Assembly (NCBI GenBank): GCA_963717155.1
Contig: OY970326.1
Span: 1,393,897-1,457,896 of the forward strand
DNA length: 64,000 nucleotides
Source of the DNA: an uncultured Actinomycetes bacterium
GTDB lineage: Bacteria; Actinomycetota; Thermoleophilia; Gaiellales; JALYLC01
Reading direction: 5' to 3'
Shown here: positions 37,594-47,542 of the stretch, in pieces
Layout: every line of letters begins with the position of its first letter
How positions within the stretch are numbered: the first letter of the stretch is position 1
Notes under the pieces: model-generated
Told to the model about the DNA's origin: nothing
Database searches by the model: none
Seen by the model: the letters and a program-made list of their open reading frames with translations, nothing else
Position numbers and translations under genes: made by a program

Positions 37594-38373
37594 GTGAGCG
37601 GCCCGACCATCCTCGAGCTCGAGCTCGACCTCGACGCGTACGCAGGCCCCTTCGACCTGTTGCTCGCGCTGGTGCTGCGCGAGGAGATCGACCTCGTCGA
37701 GGTGCCGGTCGCCGAGATCGTGATCGAGTACATCGAGCGCCTCGCCGAGGTGGAGGAGCTCGATCTCGAGGCGGTGTCCGAGTTCCTGCTGCTCGTGGCC
37801 GCACTGTGCGAGGTCAAGGCTCGCCGGCTGCTCGGCGAGGGCGATAGCGACATCGAGGAGCAGGGCCCCGAGGAGGCTGCCGCCGAGCTCGCCGCCCGCC
37901 TCGCCGAGTACCAGCGCTTCCGTGCCGCCGCAGGCTGGCTCGGCGCGCGCCGAGAGGAGCTCGGCCGCCGCTTCTTCCGCACGGTTCGCGCACCGCTCGC
38001 CCCGAGACCGCTTCCCGCCGACCTGCCGGAGGAGCAGCCATCCGCGCTCGTCGAGGCGATCGTTCGCCTGCTCGAGCCACCGCAGCACCTCGACATCTCC
38101 GCCGTACGCGGGCGCAGCGTGCCGGTCGGCCCGTTCCTTCGCAGGTTCCGCGAGCTCCTGCGCTCGCGGGGGACGTTCCTGTTCGACGAGCAGGTCGAGG
38201 GGCTGTCGCGCGAGGAGCAGGCGGCCGCGTTCCTCGCACTGCTCGAGCTGTACAAGCGCGGCGAGCTGCGTGCCGGTCAGGCCGTGGCGTTCGGCCCGAT
38301 CCGGGTCGCGAGGACGGTCGGCCTGCTCGCTGCGGTCCCGGTTGCAGCCGAGGCCGAGCAGGCCGTCGCATGA
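37594..38373 (+). CDS. scpA: segregation and condensation protein A
   Basis: Intact ORF of 259 aa. LDAYAGPFDLLLALVLREEIDLVEVPVAEI is the ScpA N-terminal motif, and LALLELYKRGEL lies near the C-terminus. Confidence 0.85.
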   Translation: MSGPTILELELDLDAYAGPFDLLLALVLREEIDLVEVPVAEIVIEYIERLAEVEELDLEAVSEFLLLVAALCEVKARRLLGEGDSDIEEQGPEEAAAELAARLAEYQRFRAAAGWLGARREELGRRFFRTVRAPLAPRPLPADLPEEQPSALVEAIVRLLEPPQHLDISAVRGRSVPVGPFLRRFRELLRSRGTFLFDEQVEGLSREEQAAAFLALLELYKRGELRAGQAVAFGPIRVARTVGLLAAVPVAAEAEQAVA

Positions 38374-38945
38374 GCGGCGAGCTGACGCACGTCGTCGAGG
38401 CGCTGCTGTTCGTGAGCGGCGAGCCGTTGACGGTCGCCGAGCTCGCGACGGCTGCCGAGGCGCCTCCCGAGCGCGTCGAGCGCGCACTCGACGCGCTCGC
38501 CGAGCGGCACGCGGAGGGGCGCAGCGGCGTCGTGCTCGAGCGCGTCGCGCGTGGCTACGGGTTCCGCGCCGCGGCGACGACCGCCGAGGCGTGTGCACGG
38601 CTCCTGCAGCGCGCGCCGGATCGTGCCCTCTCGCCGGCCGCGCTCGAGACGCTCGCCGTGATCGCCTACCTGCAGCCCGTCGGGCGGCCGGAGATCACGC
38701 GGATCCGCGGCGTATCGGCCGACGCCGCGGTCGCCGGCCTGCTGGAGCGCGGGCTGATCGAGGAGGCCGGTCGCACGGACGAGCGCGGCGGCGCCGTGCT
38801 GTACCGCACGACCACCGTGTTCGACCGTGTGTTCGCCCTCGAAGCGGGCGTCGACGAGCTGCCACCGCTCCCGGATCTCGCCGATGGCGACGTCGACGAG
38901 CTGCGCGAGCGCCTGCACGCCGTCGCGGCCGAGCGCACGGGCTAG
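38370..38945 (+). CDS. scpB: segregation and condensation protein B
   Basis: The ATG overlaps the scpA stop. VVEALLFVSGEPLTVAELA and LSPAALETLAVIAYLQPVGRPEITRIRGV are ScpB winged-helix motifs. Confidence 0.85.
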   Translation: MSGELTHVVEALLFVSGEPLTVAELATAAEAPPERVERALDALAERHAEGRSGVVLERVARGYGFRAAATTAEACARLLQRAPDRALSPAALETLAVIAYLQPVGRPEITRIRGVSADAAVAGLLERGLIEEAGRTDERGGAVLYRTTTVFDRVFALEAGVDELPPLPDLADGDVDELRERLHAVAAERTG

Positions 38946-38974
38946 GCCTCGCGCGGGCCGCGTACCCTGCGCCC

Positions 38975-39709
38975 GTGGAAGAGGACGCACGCATCAACCG
39001 GTTCCTCGCGTCGGCGGGCTTCGGCTCGCGCCGCGCGGTCGAGGAGCTCGTCGCCGCGCGACGCGTGTCGCTGAACGGCGCCGTGGTCGAGACGCTCGGC
39101 GTGCGGGTGCGCAGCAGCGACGTCGTCAAGGTGGACGGGCGAGCCGTCCAGCCCGAGGCGTCGATCCACGTCCTCCTGCACAAGCCGGCAGGCGTCGTGA
39201 CCACCGCCCACGACCCGCAGGGGCGCCCGACCGTCGTCGAGCTCGTGCGCATTCCCCAGCGGCTCTTCCCGGTCGGACGGCTCGACGCGAACACGACGGG
39301 TGCGCTCGTCCTCACGAACGACGGAGCCCTCGCGAACCGGCTGATGCATCCGCGCTACGGCGTGGAGAAGACCTACCACGCGACGATCAGCCGGCTGCCG
39401 ACCCCGCGCGGCCTCGCCGCGCTCGCGAACGGCGTGATGCTCGACGACGGTCCGACCGCGCCTGCCCAGGTAAGCCTGGTGCGCCGGGTGCCGCCGGTCG
39501 TCGAGCTCGTCCTGCACGAGGGGCGCAACCGCCAGGTGCGGCGCATGATCGAGTCGATCGGGCACTCCGTCGTGGCGTTGCACCGCCCGACCTACGGCGG
39601 GCTCGGGCTTGGCGGTCTCGCCCCGGGAACGTGGCGCTTCCTCACACCGGCCGAGATCGAGACGCTGCGCCGCAGCACCGTGGGAGGTCGGGCGCGGACG
39701 TCCGTCTGA
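38975..39709 (+). CDS. rluB: RsuA/RluB-family pseudouridine synthase
   Basis: In-frame GTG at 38975. An S4 domain (RINRFLASAGFGSRRAVEELVAARRVSLNG) is followed by LLHKPAGVVTT, FPVGRLDANTTGALVLTNDG (catalytic Asp), KTYHA and EGRNRQVRRM. Confidence 0.85.
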   Translation: MEEDARINRFLASAGFGSRRAVEELVAARRVSLNGAVVETLGVRVRSSDVVKVDGRAVQPEASIHVLLHKPAGVVTTAHDPQGRPTVVELVRIPQRLFPVGRLDANTTGALVLTNDGALANRLMHPRYGVEKTYHATISRLPTPRGLAALANGVMLDDGPTAPAQVSLVRRVPPVVELVLHEGRNRQVRRMIESIGHSVVALHRPTYGGLGLGGLAPGTWRFLTPAEIETLRRSTVGGRARTSV

Positions 39710-40154
39710 ACCGGTACCTCGCGCTTGCCGGGCTCGGCACGAGACGTTCCGTCGAGCGGCTCGCGCGGAGCGGGCGCATCGCGATCGGGGGCGTGGCCGC
39801 GACCGATCCCGCGCAGCCCGTCGGGCCGGGCGCGACCGGTCACGCTCGATGGCTACCCGCTCGAGGCCCGCAGTCCGTGCGGCGTCCTGGTGCGCGCGCC
39901 AGGAGGCGCGCTGCCACCGCTCGCGCATCCCGGCCGAGCTGCACGTTGCCGGGGTCAACGAGCACGAGCGGCTGGTGCTGGCGCTCGACGACGCGCGCCT
40001 GGCCGCGGCGCTCAGGGAACGGGGCTACGACCCGGGCCGCCTGATCGTCGGCGAGCTCGCCGACGGGGCGTTCCGACCGCTCTCACCCGCCGAGCTGGAG
40101 GCGGCCGACGTGTTCGCCCGGCGCCCTGCTTCGCGGCGCGCCCCTAGACTGTGA
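39700..40154 (+). CDS. S4-domain protein resembling a truncated, catalytically degenerate pseudouridine synthase (2 frame changes; start codon not identified)
   Basis: The pieces VRLNRYLALAGLGTRRSVERLARSGRIAIGG | RPVTLDGYPLEA...GVLVRAPGG | ELHVAGVNEHERLVLALDDARLAAALRERGYDPGRL lie in three successive frames. The position of the RLD catalytic motif reads VNE. Confidence 0.4.
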
Positions 40155-40157
40155 GCC

Positions 40158-41210
40158 ATGCGCAACGGCGCTCAGACTGGCTCGCCCGAGATGATGGTCG
40201 TCATGCGCGCGTCCGCGTCCGCGGAGGACGTTGCGCACATCGTCGGGCTGATCGAGGAGGCCGGCGGGGGCGCGCACGTCACCGAGGACGGTGACGCGAC
40301 GGTCATCGGAGCGATCGGCGAGCGCGCGCAGATCGCGGTGCTGCCGCTCGAGGGGCTCCCCGGCGTCGATCAGGTGCTGCCGCTGCGCAAGCCGTACAAG
40401 TGGGTCTCGCGCGAGTTCTCGAAGACCGACACCGTGATCGACGTGCTCGGCCACAAGATCGGCGCCGGCGCCTTCATGGTGATGGCCGGGCCGTGCTCGG
40501 TCGAGAGCTACGAGCAGACGCTGCAGGCAGCGCGCGCATGCGCCGCCGCCGGCGTGTCGGTGCTCCGCGGCGGAGCCTTCAAGCCGCGCTCGTCGCCGTA
40601 CGCCTTCCAGGGCCTCGGCCTCGCCGCGCTCGACATCCTCGCGCAGGTGCGCGAGGACACCGGGCTGCCCGTCGCGACCGAGCTGATGGACGCTCGCGAC
40701 CTCGAGGCCGTGTACGACCACGTCGACCTGATCTGGATCGGCGCGCGCAACATGCAGAACTTCAACCTGCTCTCCGAGATCGGCAAGATCGACAAGCCCG
40801 TGATGCTCAAGCGCGGGATGGCGGCGACGGTCGAGGAGCTCCTGATGGCGGCCGAGTACGTGGCCAAGGAGGGGAACGAGCGCATCATCCTGTGCGAGCG
40901 CGGCATCCGCACGTTCGAGCGCTCGACCCGCTTCACGCTCGACATCGGCGCGATCCCCGTGCTCAAGTCCGAGACGCACCTCCCGGTGATCGTCGATCCG
41001 TCGCACGCCGCAGGCAAGCGCCAGCTGGTCGCGCCGCTCGCGCTGGCGGCGGTGGCGGCAGGCGCCGACGGGCTGATCGTCGAGACGCACCCGAACCCCG
41101 AGCACGCGCTGTCGGACGCCGCGCAGCAGATCCCGAGCGCGCAGTTCGCGAGCTTCGTCGACGAGGTCGAGTCGTACCTCGCGGTGGCCGGCAAGACCCT
41201 GTCGCGGTAG
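40158..41210 (+). CDS. 3-deoxy-7-phosphoheptulonate (DAHP) synthase, type I-beta with N-terminal regulatory domain
   Basis: Intact ORF of 350 aa. Motifs are MVMAGPCSVES, LRGGAFKPRSSPYAFQGLG, IGARNMQNF, PVMLKRG, CERGIRTFE and VIVDPSHAAGKR. Confidence 0.9.
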   Translation: MRNGAQTGSPEMMVVMRASASAEDVAHIVGLIEEAGGGAHVTEDGDATVIGAIGERAQIAVLPLEGLPGVDQVLPLRKPYKWVSREFSKTDTVIDVLGHKIGAGAFMVMAGPCSVESYEQTLQAARACAAAGVSVLRGGAFKPRSSPYAFQGLGLAALDILAQVREDTGLPVATELMDARDLEAVYDHVDLIWIGARNMQNFNLLSEIGKIDKPVMLKRGMAATVEELLMAAEYVAKEGNERIILCERGIRTFERSTRFTLDIGAIPVLKSETHLPVIVDPSHAAGKRQLVAPLALAAVAAGADGLIVETHPNPEHALSDAAQQIPSAQFASFVDEVESYLAVAGKTLSR

Positions 41211-41214
41211 ACCA

Positions 41215-42329
41215 GTGTCGTTGCGACTCGCCGTCGTCGGCCTCGGGCTGATGGGAGGCTCGCTCGGTCTCGCCGCGCGTGAGCGCGGCGGGCGCCGAGG
41301 TCGCGGGCTACGACCCCGATCCCGCAGCGCGCGAGGCTGCCGTCGAGCGCGGGCTGCGTGACGACCGTGCACGGCGCGCTGCGCGAGGCGGTCGCCGGTG
41401 CCGACCTCGTCTGCGTGTGTGCCCCGATCGGCGAGCTGCCGGCGGCGATCGGCGAGGTGCTCGCCGCGGCTCCCGGAGCCACGGTCACCGACATCGGATC
41501 GACCAAGAGCGCGGTCGTCGCGTCCGTGTCGGGGGAGGATCGTGCGCGCTTCGTCGGCGGACATCCGATGTGCGGCCGCGAGGTGCGGGGCGCGCAGCAC
41601 GCGGTGGTCGACCTGTTCGTCGGTGCGACCTGGTTCCTGACCCCGATCGCCGACACGGACACGCCGCGCTACCGCGACCTGCACGCGTTCGTCGCGTCGC
41701 TCGGCGCGGAGCCCGTCGCCATCGACCCCGGCGCCCACGACCGGCTGCTCGCGCTGACGAGCCACCTGCCCCACGTGATCGCCAACCTGCTCGTCAACCA
41801 GGCGGGCGCGGGCCGGATCGACGGGCACGATCCGCTCTCCGCGAGCGGAGGCAGCTTCCGCGACATGACCCGCGTGGCCGGCGCGAACCCGCGCATCTGG
41901 GTCGACATCTTCCTCGACAACCGCGAGGCGCTGGCTGCGGCGATCCGCGAGCACCGTCGGCTCTCGGACGAGGTGCTCGCCGCGCTCGAGCGCGGCGATG
42001 CGGGCTTCCTCGCCCGCTGGATCGCGCAGGCGGGCACGCACCGCCGGCGCGCGCTCGAGGTGGCGTACGAGCGCCGGCCCGAGGAGATGGTCCAGATCGA
42101 CGCGCACGTCCCCGACCGGCCAGGCGTGATCTCGGGCATCACCCAGGCGCTCGGCGCCGCGCGGATCAACATCGAGGACTTCGAGCTGCACCACTTCACG
42201 CCCGATCGCGGCGGGACGATCTCGATCGTCGTCGCCGGGCTCGCGGCTGCCGACGAGACCGTCGCGCTGCTCGAGGCGCAGGGCTACTCGGCGATCGCGA
42301 CCCCGCTCGCCGGCGACGGCGGCGCGTGA
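41215..42329 (+). CDS. tyrA: prephenate dehydrogenase with C-terminal ACT-like domain (2 frameshifts near 41275 and 41350)
   Basis: The GTG-start piece VSLRLAVVGLGLMGGSLGLAA, then EVAGYDPDPAAREAAVERG, and then track ORF 41358..42329 with DIGSTKSAV, FVGGHPMCG, AHDRLLALTSHLPHV and SGGSFRDMTRVA. Confidence 0.85.
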
Positions 42330-43639
42330 CCGACGACGACGTCCTGCGCGTCGCGCCGGCGAGCGCGCTCGTGGGCGAGGTGTCCCCGCCGGGCGACAAG
42401 TCCGTCTCGCACCGCGCGGTGCTGCTCGGCGCGCTGGCCGACGGCTCTGTCGAGGTCGACGGGTTCGGTGCGGGGGCGGACACGCTCTCGACCATCGCGG
42501 CCGTCGAGCAGCTCGGCGCGCGGGTCGAGCAGCTCGACGACGGACCGACGCGGCTGCGGGTGCACGGCGTGGGCCTGCGCGGTCTCCAGGCGCCGGACCG
42601 CGCGATCGACGTCGGCAACGCCGGGACCCTGCTGCGGCTGCTCGTCGGCATTCTCGCGGGCCAGGAGGGGACGTTCACGCTCGACGGCGACGAGTCGATC
42701 CGCCGCCGTCCCGTCGATCGCGTGGCGATCCCGCTGCGGCAGATGGGAGCGTCCATCGTCGACACCGATGGCTGCCCGCCGCTCGAGATCGTGGGCGGAG
42801 CGGCGCTGCAGCCGATTCGCTACACGCTGCCGGTCGCATCGGCGCAGGTGAAGTCGTGCGTGCTCCTCGCCGGCCTGTACGCCAGCGAGGGCCCCACGGT
42901 CGTCGTCGAGCCGGTCGCCACGCGCGACCACACCGAGCGCCTCCTGCGTCATGCGGGCGTGCGAATCGAGCGGCGACGAGGCGAGATCTCGGTCTGGCCG
43001 GCCGAGCGCCTCGCGCTCGAGCACATCACGGTGCCGTCCGACCCGAGCTCTGCGGCGCCGTTCCTCGTGGCGGCCACGCTGCTCTTGGAGTCGCGGCTCT
43101 TCCTGCGTGGCATCTCGGCGAACCCCGCCCGCATCGGCCTCCTCACCGTGCTCGAGCGCATGGGCGCCCGTATCACGGTGTTCAACCGGCGGACGCTACC
43201 GGGCGGCGAGCCTGTCGCCGATCTCGAGGTGCGACCGTCCGAGCTCGTGGCGTGCGAGATCGAGCCCGAGCTCATCCCGTCGATGGTCGACGAGCTCCCG
43301 CTGATCGCGCTCGCCGCCTGCCTGGCGCGCGGCACGACGATCGTGCGCGGCGCGGAGGAGCTCGCCGTGAAGGAGTCGAACCGCCTCGAGTCGGTCGGCG
43401 AGCTGCTGCGCGCGGTCGGAGGGCACGTGCGCGTGACGCGCAATGGCTGGGTGATCCGGGGCGTCCCCGCACGCCTGCGCGGCGGCCGCGTCGACGCCCA
43501 TGGCGACCACCGCATCGGGATGCTGGGGGCGATCGCGGGCCTCGTCTCGCAGGACGGTGTCACGATCTCGGGCGCCGGCTCGATCGGCGTCTCGTATCCC
43601 GGGTTCGCGGCCGAGCTCGAGCGTCTCGCGATCCGCTGA
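42326..43639 (+). CDS. aroA: 3-phosphoshikimate 1-carboxyvinyltransferase (EPSP synthase)
   Basis: The GTG at 42326 overlaps the tyrA stop, and the reading frame is intact over about 437 aa. Motifs are PPGDKSVSHRAVLLGALA, GNAGTLLRLLVGILAG, DGDESIRRRP, VKESNRL and HGDHRIGM. Confidence 0.9.
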   Translation: MTDDDVLRVAPASALVGEVSPPGDKSVSHRAVLLGALADGSVEVDGFGAGADTLSTIAAVEQLGARVEQLDDGPTRLRVHGVGLRGLQAPDRAIDVGNAGTLLRLLVGILAGQEGTFTLDGDESIRRRPVDRVAIPLRQMGASIVDTDGCPPLEIVGGAALQPIRYTLPVASAQVKSCVLLAGLYASEGPTVVVEPVATRDHTERLLRHAGVRIERRRGEISVWPAERLALEHITVPSDPSSAAPFLVAATLLLESRLFLRGISANPARIGLLTVLERMGARITVFNRRTLPGGEPVADLEVRPSELVACEIEPELIPSMVDELPLIALAACLARGTTIVRGAEELAVKESNRLESVGELLRAVGGHVRVTRNGWVIRGVPARLRGGRVDAHGDHRIGMLGAIAGLVSQDGVTISGAGSIGVSYPGFAAELERLAIR

Positions 43640-43653
43640 CGCAGAGGCGATCC

Positions 43654-44091
43654 TCAGGACGCTGGCGCCTCTCTGAGCGCGCGCCGATCTTCCGCGAGGA
43701 GGGCAACCGCAAGCCCGGTGAGCAGGAAGGCGTTCAGCACGTGGAGCCCTCCGAAGGCAGCGCCGTTGTCGGTCCCGAGTCCGGCGAGCAGCATCTGCAC
43801 GATGCCGAGCACGAAGAACGCTGCCGACATGCCGACCTGCCGCCGCGACGTGCGTGCCCATCCGGCGGCGATCAGGACGAGCAACGTGCCCAGAACGAGC
43901 AGCGTGCCGGCGATGCGATGCGGGTCGAGGTCGTCGGCGCTCACGAGCTTGGTCGAGCTGTCGTCGCCGAGCTTCGATGTGGTCGTGACCTCGAACACGC
44001 CGAGGCCTGCGAGAAACACCGTGACGGCGAGACCGGCCAGCCAGAGGATGAGGAGGTACTGGTGCACGGTGGTCGCAGTGCGATTGATCAC
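43654..44091 (-). CDS. hypothetical integral membrane protein (4 predicted helices)
   Basis: ORF of 145 aa with four long hydrophobic stretches (LLILWLAGLAVTVFLAGLGVF, LLVLGTLLVLIAAGW, AAFFVLGIVQMLLAGLG, VLNAFLLTGLAVALL). I recognise no family. Confidence 0.6.
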   Translation of the reverse strand: MINRTATTVHQYLLILWLAGLAVTVFLAGLGVFEVTTTSKLGDDSSTKLVSADDLDPHRIAGTLLVLGTLLVLIAAGWARTSRRQVGMSAAFFVLGIVQMLLAGLGTDNGAAFGGLHVLNAFLLTGLAVALLAEDRRALREAPAS

Positions 44092-44130
44092 GGACGGGCT
44101 CCCTTGGATCGCCTGAATGCGATCGCGAAA

Positions 44131-44842
44131 CTACGCCGAATGCGTTACGGGAACGCAACGGGAGCGGCGGTACTCGAGCGCTCCTCCGCGTTTGCCCGAC
44201 AGCTCGATGACGCCGGCCGTCCGCAGCGTGTAGGCGATGCGCTGCGCGAGGGCCCGGTCGATTCCGAGTCCGAGCGCGACGTCCGCCGTTGTGAACTCCT
44301 CGGCGAGCCCGTCGGGAAGGGTGCTCGCAAGCCCTTCGGCGCCGCTGAGCGTGGACTGCTCCACGACCTCGACGAGCACACGGTCGACGATGCGCCACGG
44401 CTTGCGTCTCCGCCGAGTCCGCGGCGCGTCGAGCCGGTGCTCGTCGACCCGCACCAGCACGACCTCGAACGTCAGCGACGGGTGCGCTGCGAGCGTCGCC
44501 AGCGACACGAGCTCGTCGAACAGCGAGAGGTGGCAGCCATGCACGGGCGAGCGCCGGCGGCTCCGCACGACGCCGTCGCCGTCGATTCGCACGATCGTGC
44601 GGTCGACCGCCACCGGATGCACGACGACGCACTCTGTGGTGCGCGAGGAGCGCCGTCAGCTTGGGGCGGAGGCTCGCGAAGTTGCCCGTCTGGAACTCGA
44701 CCAGCTCGTCGGGCCGGACGAGGTCGACGACGTAGCCCTCGCGGACCGCCTCGAGCTCGTCCCCCGGGCGCGCGTAGAGCGCCTTCAGCGACGCGTGGAG
44801 CGAGCTCTCGCGCAGCGTGCCGATGGTCGCCACGGAGGGCAT
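44131..44842 (-). CDS. conserved hypothetical protein, possibly PD-(D/E)XK nuclease fold plus C-terminal winged-helix-like region (one frameshift near 44630)
   Basis: The N-terminal piece MPSVATIGTLRESSLHASLKALYARPGDELEAVREGYVVDLVRPDELVEFQTGNFASLRPKL (D...E-x-Q pattern) is in one frame. The rest is track ORF 44131..44622. Confidence 0.45.
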
Positions 44843-44885
44843 TCTCGCGGGTTCGCCCCGGTGATCGCCTACCCTCCCTCCAGAC

Positions 44886-45474
44886 ATGGTGATCGCGATC
44901 GACGGCCCCGCCGGGGCAGGCAAGTCCACGGTGGCCCGCGAGGTTGCGCGCCGCCTTGGTTACCGCTACCTCGATACGGGCGCGATGTACCGCGCTGTCG
45001 CGCTGGCCGCACTCGATACGGGGACGGACCTCGACGACGCGCGGTCGCTGGCCGGCCTCGGCGGTCTCGCAACCCGGATGACCGATGATCCGCGGCTGCG
45101 CACGCCTGCGGTCGACGCGCGCGTGTCGCAGGTCGCCGGACACGCCGACGTACGTGCTGCCATGCGCGAGGCACAGCGGCGCTTCCTCTCCGAGGGAGAC
45201 ACGGTCGCCGAGGGCCGCGACGTCGGCGCCGTGGTCTGGCCCGACTCCGAGCTGAAGGTCTGGCTCGACGCCGACCCGGTCGAGCGTGCACGACGGCGCA
45301 TCGACGAGTCGGGCGACGCGTCCGCGGCGCCCGCCCTCCACGCGCGCGATCAGCGCGATGCCGCAGCAGACGATGCGAGCGCCCGATGCGGTCACCGTCG
45401 ACTCGACGGATCTGAGCGCCGACGAGGTGGTCGAGCGGATCGTCGCCCTGGCCCGGGAGCGCGGCGCATGCTGA
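44886..45474 (+). CDS. cmk: cytidylate kinase (one frameshift near 45340)
   Basis: VIAIDGPAGAGKSTVAREVARRLGYRYLDTGAMYRAVA and EGRDVGAVVWPD are followed in the next frame by the C-terminal ...DAVTVDSTDLSADEVVERIVAL. Confidence 0.87.
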
Positions 45475-46170
45475 GAGACCGCGTCGCGGCCCATCGCGAG
45501 GAGTTCGGCTTCTGGACGCCCGATCGCACCTGGATGGCGTTCAAGCGCACGTTCGGCCCGCCGTTCAGGCTGACGTTCCGAATTCGCGCCTACGGCACGG
45601 AGCACATGCCGCCGGCCGGCCCCGTCGTGCTCGCGACGAACCACATGTCGGCGTGGGACCCGATCCTGTACGGCGCCGTGCTCGATCGGCCGATCCGCTG
45701 GATGGCCAAGGCCGAGCTCTTCGAGGCGAGCCCCGTGCTCGAGAGGTTCCTGAAGCCACGGCGGCGTCTTCAGCGTCCGCCGAGGCGAGGGCGACTCGCG
45801 GCCGTTCGCACGGCGCGCGACGTGCTGCGCGAGGGCAGCCTGCTCGGCATGTTCGTCGAGGGCACGCGCCAGCGGACCGAGGAGATGGGCGACGTGAAGC
45901 CCGGGACGATGATGATCGCCCTCGCCGAGGGCGCGCCGGTCATCCCCGCGGTCGTGCAGGGGACGCACCGGCTCGTGCGCGAGCCGTGGCACCCCGTGAC
46001 GTTCGCGTTCGGCGAGCAGCTCCGCTTCGAGGGCCGTCCATCCGCGCGCGAGGCGACCGCCCGCCTCGACTCGGAGCTCCGGCGGCTGCAGCGCTTCGCG
46101 CAGTCGACGATCGCGGCCGGGCGGCCGCGAGCGTGCGTGGCCGCCGGTCCCCGAGGGGGCGACGTGGTAG
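45468..46170 (+). CDS. plsC: 1-acyl-sn-glycerol-3-phosphate acyltransferase (compensated frameshift pair near 45755/45800; 3' end uncertain)
   Basis: Motifs are VLATNHMSAWDP (HxxxxD) and MFVEGTRQ. The segment HGGVFSVRRGEGDSR, expected between them, is readable only in the neighbouring frame. Confidence 0.7.
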
Positions 46171-46232
46171 GCGACAGACGCACCCGCCGCGCGCGGAGCA
46201 GATCCGCGGCGAGGCAGGAGGGCCTCCGCACC

Positions 46233-47537
46233 CTGATCGGCACGATCGCCGTCGTCGGCTTCCCGAACGTCGGCAAGTCGACGCTCGTCAACCGCCTGAC
46301 GGCGACCCGCGAGACCGTCGTGCACGCAGCAGCCGGGCGTGACGCGCGACCGCAAGGAGCTGGTCGTCGAGTGGGGAGGAGCCGCCTTCGCGATCCTCGA
46401 CACCGGTGGCGTCGATGCCGGCGACGCCGGGCGCGATGCAGGGCCAGATCGCCGATCAGGCCCGCGCTGCGATCGCCGAGGCCGATCTCGTGCTGTTCGT
46501 GGTCGATGCGCGCGCCGGCATCGGCCCGGGCGACGAGGAGCTCGCCGACATCCTGCGCCGCTCGCGCAAGCCGGTGATCCTGGTCGCGAACAAGCTCGAC
46601 GATCCACGCCGCGATCGCCGAGGCGTTCGAGTTCCACCGGCTCGGCCTCGGCGAGCCCCTGCCGCTGTCGGCGCTGCACGGCGTCGGCACCGGCGACCTG
46701 CTCGACCTCATCGTCGAGACGCTGCGCGGCATCGAGGGCGCCGAGCGCGTCGAGCGTCTGGGCGACGAGATCGGCGTCGCGATCCTCGGCCGCCCGAACG
46801 TCGGCAAGTCGTCGCTGCTCAACGCGCTGCTCGGCCAGCCGCGCACGATCGTCTCGGAGATCCCGGGCACGACGCGCGACTCGATCGACATCCGCCTCGA
46901 GCGCGGCGATCGCGCCTACCGGCTGATCGACACGGCGGGTCTGCGGCGCAAGCGACGGCACCGTCAGGACGTCGAGTTCTGGAGCGAGATGCGCTCGCTC
47001 GACGCCGCTCGCCGGGCGGACGTCGCGCTGATGCTCGTGGACAGCTCGCAGGGCGTCGTCGACCAGGACCTGCACGTCGCGGACGAGGCCCGCAAGGCCG
47101 GCTGCGCGACCCTGGTCGTGCTGTCGAAGTGGGATCTCGGTGGACTCGACCTCGAGGACGTCCGCCTGCGGCTGCTCGACAAGCTGCGCCAGCGCCCGCC
47201 CGTGATCGCGACATCGGCGCTGACCGGGCGAGGGCTGGAGCGCCTGCTCGCCTCCGTGGACGACCTGTACGACCGCTACACCAGCCGCATCTCGACGGGC
47301 ATCCTGAACCGGATCCTCGCGGAGGCCGCCGAGCGCCGCCAGCCGCCGGTCGTGCGAGGTCGCCGGCTCAAGGTGCTGTACGGCGCACAGGTGCAGTCGC
47401 GCCCGCCGCGCTTCCGGCTCACGGTCAACGACCGCACGCTCGTGACGCGCGACTACGCGTACTACCTCGAGAACCACATACGCGATCGGCTCGGACTGCA
47501 GGGCTGCCCGGTGATCATCGACATCGTCTCCCGCTGA
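46233..47537 (+). CDS. der: ribosome-associated GTPase Der/EngA (two GTPase domains; about 3 frameshifts in the first domain; start uncertain)
   Basis: The pieces IAVVGFPNVGKSTLVNRL | GVTRDRKELVVEWGGAAFAILDTGG | ADLVLFVVDARAGIGPGDEELADIL...VANKLD lie in different frames. The second domain, ILGRPNVGKSSLLNAL...TTRDSID...DTAGLRR...SKWDL, and the KH-like C-terminus are intact. Confidence 0.87.
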
Positions 47538-47542
47538 GCCCG

